Shown here one piece after another: positions 1 to 15,000 of a stretch of DNA of 64,000 nt. The stretch's first letter is position 1; every line of letters begins with the position of its first letter. The stretch lies in contig NW_002060951.1 in assembly GCF_000150275.1 (NCBI RefSeq), forward strand, positions 2,775 to 66,774, given 5' to 3'. The position numbers and the translations under genes were made by a program. The DNA comes from Trichoplax adhaerens. Its lineage: Eukaryota; Animalia; Placozoa. Below the pieces are notes generated by a model, which was not told the DNA's origin, did not search any database, and saw only the letters and a program-made list of their open reading frames with translations.

Positions 1-3000
1 TTGTAGTTGTACTGCAGTTTGGAATGGCATCAACTGTACACAAGGTAACAATGACAACTATAGTACTATAACATTTATTATTTACAATTGAAGACTGATT
101 TCATTTACTGTATGTATACCGGTAAACGTACCTATACATGAAATCAAATTAAATCTATGTAGCTGTACCTATATGGGAAGAAGGCGATTTAAGATTAGTT
201 GGCGGTTCTACTAGCAATAAAGGACGATTAGAAATTTATCATAATAATCAATGGGGTACGATATGTCATGATGGTTTCGGTGTAAGCGATGGACGTGTCG
301 CATGCCGTCAACTTGGATATACAGGATTCGTCAAATATCAATGTTGTGGGAATCTCGGAGGTCAAGGGACAGGGCCAATCTGGTTAGAAGGAATATCATG
401 TAGTGGGAACGAATATAATATTCTAGATTGCGGTAATAAGGGTTGGAGTAACACAGATTGTGACCACAAAGAAGATATTGGTGTTGAATGTCAAGGTAAT
501 TTCGTAATTGATCGTAATCAATAAATTTAATCTATCATTATACAATATGTAAACGTGTATGATACTTTTCTATATGGCAGCTTACGAATACTTTACACAT
601 ACTGTTTTTGTAATGTACAATAACTGTTATGCAATAGCTATATATTATCATTTATTTACTAAATTTATAAATCGATACTTAAGTCAGTATACGATATACA
701 ACTAGTTAAATGCTACATTTTATTTCCGTATTTTAGATAAATCCGTAACTGTTTTACTACTCGAACTATCCGTAACTTTATTATGTAATTAATTTATTTA
801 TTAGATATTTTATATATAGTCAATATCTTACAAAAGAATTTCTTAACATAGATTATGAGTATATTACTGTTCGATCTATTATAATTATTATTGTTCAAGA
901 TTGTAACGATTGAAACTAATACGAGTACTTGTAAATAAGTATTACAAATTCAGATATATTAGTAAATTAAGAGTTACTAATGCTGTATATTAGTTTATTA
1001 TACATCAAGAATATTATTCGATATACAAAGACTCTTTCCTCATTGGTTTCAGAATAACATACAAGTGATTTTACTACTTACATATGGTATATTGTTTATA
1101 GATCCCAGTGTGTGTATTACCGCTAATCCATGTGTAAATGGAAAATGCCGATTAACTGCAAGTGGACATACATGCTCATGCTATTCAGGATATACAGGAC
1201 AGAATTGTGATCAAGGTATAAATATATTTAAGAATAAACATTAATAATTGTAGATGTATACGAATACGAAAATGATCATCTGTTTATCTTATTATCGCGT
1301 CTTAATATATAAACACTCTAAATATGTTTAATAACTTTTTAGTGTGTTAATACGATATAACTAAACTTCGACTCAGAATAGAATTAAATTAATTTACAAC
1401 TGCTAATGCTATTTTTTATTATTCAATAAATTCATTATAGTAATACAAGATTATTGTAGTATGAACCCATGCGATAATAACGGAACTTGTATGAATAATA
1501 ATAATATGGGGTATAATTGTATATGTATGGCTCAATGGACAGGAGTTAATTGTTCCAATGGTATGTATCTATATACGTACATATACTCGCGTCTTCTACA
1601 TTACAGGAATATTACTTACACATGTGTAATAATAATACAATTAATTATACAATGTGAAATACATACACATACTCTATCTTACTGTAATCGATAATAGACA
1701 AAATTAATATTTTCTAACTTACTAACGTGTATATAATTATATGTATATATATATATATTCGTATACAGCAATTATAGATTATTGTANNNNNNNNNNNNNN
1801 NNNNNNNNNNNNNNNNNNNNNNNNNNNNNNNNNNNNNNNNNNNNNNNNNNNNNNNNNNNNNNNNNNNNNNNNNNNNNNNNNNNNNNNNNNNNNNNNNNNN
1901 NNNNNNNNNNNNNNNNNNNNNNNNNNNNNNNNNNNNNNNNNNNNNNNNNNNNNNNNNNNNNNNNNNNNNNNNNNNNNNNNNNNNNNNNNNNNNNNNNNNN
2001 NNNNNNNNNNNNNNNNNNNNNNNNNNNNNNNNNNNNNNNNNNNNNNNNNNNNNNNNNNNNNNNNNNNNNNNNNNNNNNNNNNNNNNNNNNNNNNNNNNNN
2101 NNNNNNNNNNNNNNNNNNNNNNNNNNNNNNNNNNNNNNNNNNNNNNNNNNNNNNNNNNNNNNNNNNNNNNNNNNNNNNNNNNNNNNNNNNNNNNNNNNNN
2201 NNNNNNNNNNNNNNNNNNNNNNNNNNNNNNNNNNNNNNNNNNNNNNNNNNNNNNNNNNNNNNNNNNNNNNNNNNNNNNNNNNNNNNNNNNNNNNNNNNNN
2301 NNNNNNNNNNNNNNNNNNNNNNNNNNNNNNNNNNNNNNNNNNNNNNNNNNNNNNNNNNNNNNNNNNNNNNNNNNNNNNNNNNNNNNNNNNNNNNNNNNNN
2401 NNNNNNNNNNNNNNNNNNNNNNNNNNNNNNNNNNNNNNNNNNNNNNNNNNNNNNNNNNNNNNNNNNNNNNNNNNNNNNNNNNNNNNNNNNNNNNNNNNNN
2501 NNNNNNNNNNNNNNNNNNNNNNNNNNNNNNNNNNNNNNNNNNNNNNNNNNNNNNAGTATTAATATTTTAGACTGTTTTTATTGATTAATTATATTTAATA
2601 TAATACATTTAAAGTATATATAGTGTAATTAACAAGAACTCCTTAACTGAAAACTAAGTAATCTAAGTAATATAATATTCTACTCACTAAATGGCGATTT
2701 AATCTTAAGTCATTATTTTGCATATTTTATTTAATATACTGTACAGTATTATTTAAACCATATTAACAAATAAATGAATGATAATATGAATAAGATCTTG
2801 CAAGATATACAGTACTCTTATACTGTAAATAAAACATAATCTTACGAAAGCGATGTTATAATTTTATAATATGATTATAGCAATACAATACACCAGTTAC
2901 TGCGCTTCAAGCCCATGTAATAATAATGGAACATGTATAAGTAGTAACAATGGATATAATTGTACGTGTGCGGCGCAATGGACAGGAATTAATTGTTCGC

Positions 3001-6000
3001 AAGGTAAGTAATACAGTATACTCGTATATATAATACGTAGTGTTCATTTAGAATAAGTTACGTTATAAAATAATAAATGGTACATTTTATTTTACTTGTA
3101 TATTATAGTTAATATGTATATCATAAATTTTAGAAGCAACAGTCATAAATAGATATTGACAATATATTCCCTGGATATATTGATATTGAGAAAGCGGGAT
3201 CTTGACAAATTTTATTACAATTAATTTATTCCATATCATCATTAATCAATAATCAATAATTAATAATTAGATATTATCTAACTATTAAATTTAACATTAA
3301 AATAATTTGCGTTATTCTTCTATTACAATTGCTATTGTAGAAGTTATAGACTATTGTAATTCTGACCCATGCAATAATGGAACCTGTTTGAATAATGATA
3401 GCGGATATACTTGTTCATGTATATCAGGTTGGACTGGTCGTAACTGTACAGAAGGTAATACGTGTAACTTTGTTAATAGTAAATTAAAATAACAGCTACG
3501 ATACTAATTATTGTACAATGTATATAGATATCATACTATTTGATCTAATATAGTTCTACTATAATTTAATTTAGTTTATTTAAGAGTAGAAGTCTATACT
3601 TTTAATAGTTATTATTACATTCGTAATAATAGACATCAATATAACTTATTTATTGTTGTTTACACATAATGAGAAGAATATCTAACCGGGTATATATACG
3701 CTACATGTGATGTTAATACGTATTTATACAGTTTACGTATTACTATATGTATGCCGGTAAATGTTCTTATACATGAAATCGAATTAAATTTATGTAGCTG
3801 TACCTATATGGGAAGAAGGCGATTTAAGATTAGTTGGCGGTTCTACTAGCAATAAAGGACGATTAGAAATTTATCATAATAATCAATGGGGTACGATATG
3901 TCATGATGGTTTCGGTGTAAGCGATGGACGTGTCGCATGCCGTCAACTTGGATATACAGGATTCGTCAAATATCAATGTTGTGGGAATCTCGGAGGTCAA
4001 GGGACAGGGCCAATCTGGTTAGAAGGAATATCATGTAGTGGGAACGAATATAATATTCTAGATTGCGGTAATAAGGGTTGGAGTAACACAGATTGTGACC
4101 ACAAAGAAGACATTGGTGTTGAATGTCAAGGTTAATTTTTAAATCAATACTTAGCTACTTACTTTGCACTTACTGTGTGTAAAACGTACTGGTAAGACAC
4201 TGTTACGTATTGTGTCTGAGTTTTAATTCAATATATAAATTACAGCATGATGTGTAGCTAAAACTTACCACTATACGTTTAAACTTAATTTATTAGGTAA
4301 TTTATATGTAGAGCATTAAAAGCGAATTTGGCCATAATGAAAAGAGCATACTATGATCTGTTATAATTCTTAGTATTATCACAGTTCAAGTAAATGTAGT
4401 AAAAGAATAGATAAGTTTTAAATATACCACAGTGTTTAAATATCGTTAATATTTATATAAAAATATATATGTTAGCATATGATATAGTATTAAACATATG
4501 GATTGGTGATATTAAAGCCTAATTTTCAAACAAAATTTATTTTTAAAAAGGTATATGCGGTATAGATATACTTGTTAAGATTGATAGCTGAATAAGATAA
4601 TGTTACTATTGTATATGATACATAGATCCAAGCATTTGTATTACTGCCAATCCATGTTCAAATGGAAAATGCCAATTAACAGCAAGTGGTTACGTATGCT
4701 CATGCTATTCTGGATATACAGGACAGAAATGTGATCAAGGTATGACTATATAAGGTTAAAGATTAATTAATTAAAATGGCTATACTATATGGTGGTGTAT
4801 TAATGGAGTAAATTGTATAATTAAAAGTAGGTATGAATATAGTAATATACGATTATTAGTTTAATATCATTTGATATAATAAATACCCTTATTAAGGATA
4901 ATGATAAGGTTTTAGTAAAGAGGACTTAGTATTAATGATGATATTAATCGTATATTACTAAACTTCGACTCAAAATAGAATAAAATTAAAATTAATATGC
5001 AAAATACTAATGCTATACTTTATTGTTCAATAAATTTATTATAGCAATGCAAGATTATTCTCGTATAAATCCATGTAATGATAGCGAAACTTGCATGAAT
5101 AATAATAATATGGGGTTACATTTGTACATAAGCTAATTGCTCTAATGAAAGTATAACTTGTGGAAGTGTATTGATGTGTTTTTTATATTATGATATCACC
5201 CCAATAGTATGTACGAGTATATGTTATGGGACATGCATACTGTAAATATAAGAGAGTTATAATAATTATGCAATGTAGAATACGTGCACAGATGCTAATT
5301 GACAATATACTGCAATAAATTAATAATTATTACTTCCATGTATATGTATATGTAGCAATTATAGATTATTGCCACCCTAACCCATGTAGCAACGGAACAT
5401 GTATGAGCAGTAACGACGGATATAATTGTGCTTGCGCTACCGGATGGACTGGTAACAATTGTACAGAAGGTAGCGTATACGTATAGTTAGAGCATCGTAC
5501 TTTCAGTCTACGGTATCGTACATAAACGAATGTAAAAATAGACACAGGTATTGCGCGATATAGTTCTCTAGTTTTCTTAGATAGTATTTAATAATGAACG
5601 CCTTTAATTATACTTTATGATGACATAATTACTATTTATCTTTAATTTAAGGCTATCTTTAGAATGTGCATAGCTTACTTGACTTAACTACAAAATATTT
5701 ATAGGATACAATATACCGGTATAAGAACTAGTTACATCAAATAGTTTATTGTGCAGAATACATCCGTGATAAGTAGAGGAAATATGTGTTTTTAGTTGTT
5801 GTTACATAACAGTAATATTGGGTTTTTATGATCTTGTAACGGCTAGATGTTGCTAATTGTTCTTAAAAGGGCAATATTTCGTAGTGAATATATTCATTTT
5901 TAATATAGACATATTAATTCAATAACACAATATTTTATTTTACGATTTCGCACCAAAAAGTATTACGTTTCAAGACTTCTTTATATGATGCAGTTATATG

Positions 6001-9000
6001 CAATATAATTCTTATATAGTAGATCATATACGTTAATGTGGTAATTTAAAGTTTCCATGATTGTCTCGTTTATTTAAATATATGGTAATCGGTAACACCT
6101 ACACCATTAGTCAGTAATATGGATAAATTCTATAAATATTAAGTAGTAAGAAAATGGAATTGCTATTATTTTTCGTAATTTTAGCATTACAAAACATCAA
6201 CTATTGCGATTCAAATCCATGTTACAATAATGGCACCTGCATAACCAGCAATAGCGGATATAATTGCACCTGTACATCGCAATGGACAGGGATTAACTGT
6301 TCACAAGGTAATAAACGTTAGAAAGTACGTATTCAGAGTATTTGCGTTTAATATGTGCTACACTAGTGCATAAGGTATTCTAATATGATACGGGTAATCA
6401 TTTGGAATGAACAAGCGCATTCATTATTATTCGTAAAAATCATCAAGTCAAAATTTATAAAGTACTACATACGGATATATTGTGATACTTAAAGACCAAG
6501 TTTTACTAATTATTAAGTATCTAGCTTTTGTCCTTGTCTATTAAGGTGTTTTTGTTTATCTTTTGAACGGTATAGAAATTATCAATTACTGTAGCCCTAA
6601 CCCGTGCAATAATGGAACCTGTTTGAATGATAACAGTGGATACAGCTGTGCCTGCACGTCAGGCTGGACTGGCCAAAATTGTACAGAGGGTAATAATGAC
6701 TACAGTATACACTGTAGATACACTTACAGTACTATTAAATAATACATATCGAAGTTATCTGTCATAATTTGAATTCGAATGAATTTTATACACATGCTCT
6801 TGTAAAATTTATCTAGTTGTACCTAGATGGGAAGAGGGTGATTTAAGATTAGTCGGTGGTGCTTCAAGCAATGAAGGACGATTAGAAATATATCATAATA
6901 ATCAGTGGGGTACAATATGTCATGATGGATTCAATACTAATGATGGAAAAGTCGCATGCCGCCAATTAGGTTATACTGGGTTTGTCAAATTTCAGTGTTG
7001 CGCGTCGCTCGGACAAGGAACTGGCCCAATTTGGCTAGAAGGAATATCATGTACTGGAAGCGAATACAATATTCTAGATTGTAGCAATAAGGGATGGCAA
7101 AATACCGATTGCAATCATAATGAGGATATTGGTTTGGTCTGTAAAGGTGATTCAATACTTTGATTTTCTGTTAGTACATTGCCGATCCATTCGATTGATA
7201 ATATTAATGTTACATCCGTAGATAGGGTGCTTAATATGAGAATTATTATGAAGGCCCTACTATGCTGATTTAAATATTCACTATGAAATACTTTGAATAT
7301 ACTATTAGGATGTTTAGGCCATTGATACGTATTAATTAATTATTAGTTATTTCTGGAGACTTAATATTGGTCTCTAGTTATACCAAAGTCCATGCTATGG
7401 TAATGTACTTAGAAGTGTAAGCAAACTGTAGATTGCTATGGTATTAGTAATATCGTATATACAGGGTAATGAATGAAATCATTTTATTGCTAACGGGAGT
7501 ATCTTTACGTGTATTGTTTTATATGATAAATGCAGCGATATTGCTTATCACCAAAGCCATAAAAGTTATTTGCAATTTCGTTTTGGAGTGTTCTTACGTA
7601 TTAGAATACTGATAAATGTACTCACTGATAAAGGTATTTATGGCAAGAATCTAACAGAAGTTTACGATATTAATAATAGATCCTAGCATTTGCATAACTG
7701 CAAATCCGTGTACAAACTCTAAATGTCAGCTAACTGCGAACGGATACACCTGTAAATGTTCTGCAGGATTTACCGGACAAAACTGTGAACAAGGTTTTTG
7801 TATGATTCTATTAAGTAATATCTTGATTTTATGACAAACTAGATCAAATATTAAAAATATTTTAGCATTTATTAAATAGAGAAAATATACTAATTGAAGT
7901 AGACAACGAATTGAACAGTATTGATTTGCTCTTCTGATAGTTTAGCAAATACTTGGTAAATGAAAGAAATTTTAATTTGAGCTAATTATATTAATTTTTA
8001 AAATGTTTTGACTGTATTACTATAAAAATATTAATCGTGTTACGAGCTTAACTTTTCTAATGAAATACTGTATATAAAGTTTCAAAATATGAACCAGATT
8101 GTATATAACTACTTAATAGTAGCATAGATTTACGTATCGTTCAGTTCTCCAAAGTTGGAAATTAAAGCGGACACCCGTTTATTATTTATGTGCTCTGGTT
8201 CGATTAATTTAGAAATTATGAGTTTTTGCGAACATAATCCATGTAAGAATGGAACATGCATCAACAACGATAATGGCTATAGTTGCAATTGTCCATCAGG
8301 TTGGACAGGCATTAATTGCTCACAAGGTAAAATTAGTAATTCATTGAAATTCCGGCTATGTAATGTAAACGACTTTAGATGTAAAGAGAAGATATATATT
8401 CGTTATTTCAATCAGTATCTATGAAAAATGTGTAATTGTTCACTAGTTAAAGTACTTACAACTTCAAATGGTTTGAAATTACGGAATCACTTTAGGTGAT
8501 AACAATTTCGTCATTTTTTTACCATCTAGAGATCATAAATTTTTGTACTAATAAGCCCTGTGGTAATGGATTATGCGTTAATAATCCAAATGGATATACT
8601 TGCAACTGTGCTGCTGGATGGACCGGCATGAATTGTACAGTTGGTATGACAGCTTATGCAAATTACCTACATATCTATGCTTAGTAAATTTGAATTTGAA
8701 TGCAATAATATCATGCAAGTACGAGTATCGCATTGTGTACGACTGTAAGTTATACAGTGTATTGTAGATATGATTTCGAGGAGATATTAAAAGGCTCCGG
8801 ATTACACCAGTTATCATTCATTGTTTAGATGGTTGAAAGATGTAGAGTAAAAAATTATAGTGGCAGCAGCTACGTTTTATATGACGAAAATCGGTTTGTC
8901 TGTAAAACAAAGCTAAAAAGCAGTATTTCAACTTAAAATTTATACTTCAATGTTGATGTAAATTAGAAAACTGACTTGAAAACTATTCTCATGAAAATAA

Positions 9001-12000
9001 AAATCACTTTAGAGCTTCATGATTATTGTAATCCGAATCCTTGTCGAAACGGAGGACAATGTATGGACAAGAAATATGGATATAATTGCAGTTGTTCGTC
9101 AGACTGGATGGGCGTCAATTGCACGCAATGTATGTGTTAACTGTAAATATTCCTAGGTGCAAATAGCAAGCATTCATTCTATCGATCACTTAGTAGTGAT
9201 CAGATGTAATATGAAAATATTGAATAATTGGTAAAGTTTTATTTATATTGTGTAATTAAACGTTAGTACTATTGTTATTTTTTTACTTAAATAGATGTAG
9301 GTATTCAGCAAGAAGGTGCTTTAAGATTAGTGAATGGTACAACTGTAAATCAAGGTCGTTTAGAAATTTATCATAACAATGTATGGGGAACAATATGCCA
9401 TGATGGTTTTAATCCTAATGACGGACGTGTAGCCTGTCGTCAGCTTGGTTACGCAGGATTTGATAAATATGAATGTTGCGGAAAGATTGGAGGACCGGGC
9501 ACTGGGCCAATTTGGCTAGAAGGTATAAAGTGCAGTGGGAGTGAGAGCAATATTATAGACTGTCTTAATAATGGATGGAATCAAACTGATTGTGGACACC
9601 ATGAAGATATTGGCATAATTTGTGAAGGTATGTTTTGTGAATATTGCTTCTATCTATCAACATGTGGAACATTTGAAAGGGGTACCGTCATGCAATGGAA
9701 GGTTTCGTACGATAATGTAACAAATCATTTTAAGTTCAAAATTAACTACAGATTTTAGTATGAGGTACAAAATGTCTGCTGGCTTTTAATCGTGATTAAT
9801 CAATAGTTTTTGTATCGTCATATGTTGTTGCAAGTATAGTAATTATATTTATTAGTGATATATGTTTAATGCTGCAATAACTGTAAATAGAGTATAATTT
9901 TTTCGTTACTTCCTGCCCGTATACCACATTATCGGTAGCTTTAGAACAGATTACTTTATCAAAGTTTATGTCATGAATACGACCTTTATTGATATGCTAT
10001 CCTGCATTAGACCCTAGTATATGCATAACGTCAAATCCTTGCGCGAATGGAAGATGTGTACTTACATTAAATGGCTATTCATGTAAGTGCTCACAAGGAT
10101 ACACGGGACGAAATTGCGAAATAGGTTTGATTATACCATCAATCGTTAATTTCATGCATTTATGCGCAAATTTTAGACTTGATATTGTTTATTTTACCAT
10201 ATTTTATGCTGATTATATTTTAGAAATAAGACTATATCCATATGGGCCAACGATTAGTGATCAATCATTCGGACGAGTAGATGATATGTCTTACACAGTC
10301 TTTTTAAAGTCACCGATATTCTACCTCAATAAATTTTACCATAAGATTTATGTAAGTTCTATCAGCTAATAGTAATTCTAGTAATTTTAGTAATTTCTTT
10401 GAAATTAGTTGAGCAATTAAAATACATCAAAGTTATTTGCTAACGCTAACTTTTATGACAATTTCTTAAATTAGTAAGATCTGTTGATTTTATTTCAAGG
10501 TATCAATGAACGGATTTATCTCATTTGATCGAGCATACTTCGGATCACCAACCAGGCCATTATATAACTCGCATAATACTCCTATTATAGCCCCGTTCTT
10601 TGCCGATGCAGATAGTCGTGATTCAAAATCATCTCGAGTCTACATTGCCCAATACTCAATATATAATCCCTCAGCATCTGGCATGAAGATTTTAAGACGT
10701 GCTACAAACGATATTAATCAATATCAAAGTTACGTTAGCAACAGCGTCGGTTCAATTCAGTATGGACTATTTAAAGAGCGCGTAAATAATTTTAATGCGA
10801 CACTAGTTACTGTTGTTACATGGCACAAAGTTGTGCCTTTTCCATCGTCACTTACTGCAAAATTCGATATTACCAATACGTTTCAGCTTATCTTAATCTC
10901 AAATGGTATCAATTTATTTACAACGTTCCGGTATGAAGATAAGGGTATGAACTGGTGGAAAAAGTATAAGATAATCAAGCCGCAGGCAGGATACACTAAT
11001 GGATCAATACATTATACTCATGAATTACCAAATTCTTTTACAAAACAACTTTTACGTATCGATAGTATGGTTGGTAATTATGGTAAACTAGGACAGTGGA
11101 TGTTCAGAATCGATGATCCGTCTGTTAAACATATTAACTATTTTGAGCGTTGTCAAGTATGGTATAGTAATGAACCATCACCATCCATTTATCTCGACGC
11201 TCTTAGGAGGAGGCCTTGCCCGTGTTCTGCAATTCAAGCCATTCGTGACAGGCGATATAGGTTTAATTTTTACACATTTTGCGCCCGATCGAGGTTTTCA
11301 CGTCGAGCCAGTAATGGCGAACGGGTTTATCAACGATGCTGCTACTCTTCATTAAGAAGATCTTTCGGTTCATTGATCACAAACTATCCGTCAGGTAGTT
11401 CTTTCATTTTCAAAAATAACGATTTACAAGCTAAGAGCAAGACAGCATTCACAGCTTGTTGTGAAAAATCTAGTCTATGCACGTTATATTCAAGAAAAAG
11501 GCCTATTAATAGATGTTCTGGTTATAGACCACCAGGAAGAGGTTGGTTTTGGGGTGATCCACATATTAGGACACTAGATGGCAAACAATATACATTTAAC
11601 GGTCTAGGAGAATATGTTTTATTGCAATCTACGAATAGCTTCATTTTGCAAGGGCGTACAATGAAAGCTGTAAGGAATGGCTCGTTATCTGCAGCAGCGA
11701 CGGTATTCTCTGCATTCGCATCAACTGAAAATGATGCCGATACTGTACAATTTATGCTGAATAAGACATTGAATGGAATTGATATCTCAATAAATGGAAC
11801 TATAGCACTCTCGATGAATAGCCTTAGTGAAAATGAAACTCATGAATATACCAACGTTGATATTATTCGGATGTCAAATAAAACTGTTTCCGCTATTTTT
11901 TCATCTGGAGTATCAATTGAAGTAACACTGCTGACACAAATGCTAACTGTAGCTTTTAATGGACCTGACGAAATTAAAGGTACCACTGTTGGTTTATTGG

Positions 12001-15000
12001 GGATGTGGAATGATAACGTCAATGATGATTTCAGGCGACCTGATGGAACTTCACTAAATATTAACTCTTCAGAGTCGCAAATTTATTATAATTTTGGCCA
12101 ATTGTGGCAAGTTACACAGAGCAACACCATCTTTACCTATCTAAGTGGTCTAAGCTATAATAATTACACCGATCCAAGTTTTACACCTATCTTTGGTGAC
12201 AACATCCAAAATTTATTCGGTAATAATACAGAATTTTACAATCAGGCTGTAGCACAATGTAACAATAACAATGAATGTCTTTACGATGCTGCCTTAACTT
12301 TAAATCTGGAAGCTGCCGTTAACAGTAAAGATACCTCCATAGGTTACCAAGAAACAACTAATGAGTTGGAAAATTTTCCACCTCAAATAACTGGTCAAAC
12401 AACATATAATGTCAGTTATGGAGAAATATTTTCAACAGAATTGAATATAACCGATCCTAATTGGGGAGATAATATCACTGTTGAACTTATTAATGCTCCT
12501 GAAAACGCTCAATTCAATCCACATAATTATACATTTACCTGGATGGTGTCTGAATATCAAAATATTTCTTTTAAATTTGTTGCTACTGATTCTAAAGGGG
12601 CTTCAAGTGAGTTGATACCCCAGATCATTATGTGCTATTGTGCAAATAACGGAAGTTGTGATTACACAGCAGAAATGGTTAATGCTGGTAATATTGATCA
12701 AGTTGAATGTATTTGTAAAGCTGCATGGTCCGGTGATCATTGTGTACAAGATGTTGATGCATGTGCTGATGAGCCTTGTTTCGGCAATACAACTTGTGTA
12801 GACAATCCTGCGCCTGAATCTGGCTATACGTGCAGTGGCTGTCCTTTGGGTTATTACGCAGATGGTGCTAAATGCAGTGATATCAATGAATGCGATAGTG
12901 GTGATCATCAATGCGAACAAATGTGTATCAATGAGGACGGAAGCTATTCATGTCAGTGTTTACCTGGATATGTTTTAAGTGATGATAATCATAACTGCCT
13001 TGATATCAATGAATGTAAATCAGAATCTGCAAATTGCAGTTCCTTCGCGACTTGTACTAATCAACCTGGCTCTTATGAATGTACTTGTTTTACTGGTTAC
13101 GAAGGAGATGGTTATATATGTACTGAAATCGATTTATGTAGTCCCTTTAATTGTAGTCAAACGTGTAATAATGGTACATGCTCTTGCTATTCAGGTTATC
13201 AATTAAATAGTGACGGCCAGACTTGCCAAGATATAGATGAATGCGTTCGTTTTAGACCTTGCGATCAATTATGCTTTAATTCGATTGGCTCTTATTATTG
13301 CAGTTGCAAGACAGGATTTACCGGAGATGGCTCCACATGTACGGATATTAATGAATGTACATTAGCTGTTGATAACTGCTCATTGAATGGTACATGTATT
13401 AATAATATCGGATCATATACCTGCACATGCAAGACTGGATTTGCAGGCAATGGCACAACATGCTCCGATATAGATGAATGTTCTTTGGGCACTGCTAACT
13501 GTGCTAGTAATGCTATATGTAGAAATAATCTTGGATCATACACTTGCACCTGCTTATCGGGGTACTCCGGAAATGGAGTTGTATGCCAAGATATTAACGA
13601 ATGTTTAACGAATCCATGCAACAATAATGCTATTTGTACTAATTCCGATGGATCTTATGGGTGCCAATGCAAGAAAGGCTATACAGGGAATGGATTGACT
13701 TGTGACGATATTAACGAATGTTCAACGAATCCATGCAATAATAATGCTATTTGTACTAATTCCGATGGATCTTATGTGTGCCAATGCAAGAAAGGCTATA
13801 CAGGGAATGGATTGACTTGTGACGATATTAACGAATGCTCAACAAATGATGCTTGCAATATTAATGCTAACTGCACTAATTCGATTGGATCTTATTCATG
13901 TCAATGTAAGCAAGGTTTTACTGGTAATGGATTAACATGCACTGATATAGATGAATGTCTAACAGAAACAAAAATATGTTCAGATTGGGCAACTTGTTCC
14001 AATGCTATCGGTTCATACAGATGTTTTTGTAATTCTGGATATACTGGCAATGGTACCTATTGTCAAGATATTAACGAATGTAGCTCATCTAATTTAAATG
14101 CTTGCGTCACTAATGCCCTTTGTGAAAATACTAACGGTTCTTATAAATGCAATTGCAAAAATGGATTCTCTGGTGACGGTGCTACTTCATGTACTGACAT
14201 CAATGAGTGCCTAACTAATCAAAATAACTGCGACGGAAATGCTTTGTGCACTAATACTATAGGATCTTATGCTTGTAGATGTCGATTCAATTATTACGGC
14301 AACGGTTCCTATTGTGTCCCAGTTGTGGCATGTGCTGGTAATAATAATTGTGGCGTGAAAGCGAATTGTATGATTTTTGAAAACAAATACTATTGCAGTT
14401 GTAAGACTGGCTACTATTCAAATAGTCCGTTACCGCAAACGCAACTTACAACAGATACCCATTGTCAACGCGGTAAAATTTTCTCTGGAAGTATTCAATT
14501 TGTTGGCACATTCAATTCATCCTTGAATAATCCAAGCAGCTTTGTTTATCGTTCACTTGCAATGCAAGTGAAGACTGCTCTAACTGTTGCATTTAACTCA
14601 TCTTCCGTAACAAAAGGCATATTTGAACAAGTTGTAATAACAGGATTTAAATCTGGTAGTATTGTTGCTAATTACGAGGTACTTTTCAAGTTGGATGCCA
14701 ACATTACTCAAGATCAATTAACGAATGTACTGACCAGCCATCAAATTACAATTAATGGGGTGAACGTGCAAAATGTTGCAGTTCAAGATTTCAATGAATG
14801 TGCTAATATATCCGACAATTCATGTTCTAATGAACAAATTTGCGTTAATTTGCCTGGTACATATGCTTGTAAATGCAACTCAGGCTATACTGGACCAAGT
14901 TGTAACGATATAAATGAGTGTACGACGGGAACACCTTGTGGAAGTAACGCAACATGTATAAATACTGATGGATCTTATAATTGCACGTGTCGACTGGGCT

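Noticed and set aside
1741-2570. 273-aa and 262-aa ORFs in the track
   Set aside because: Artefacts of the N gap.
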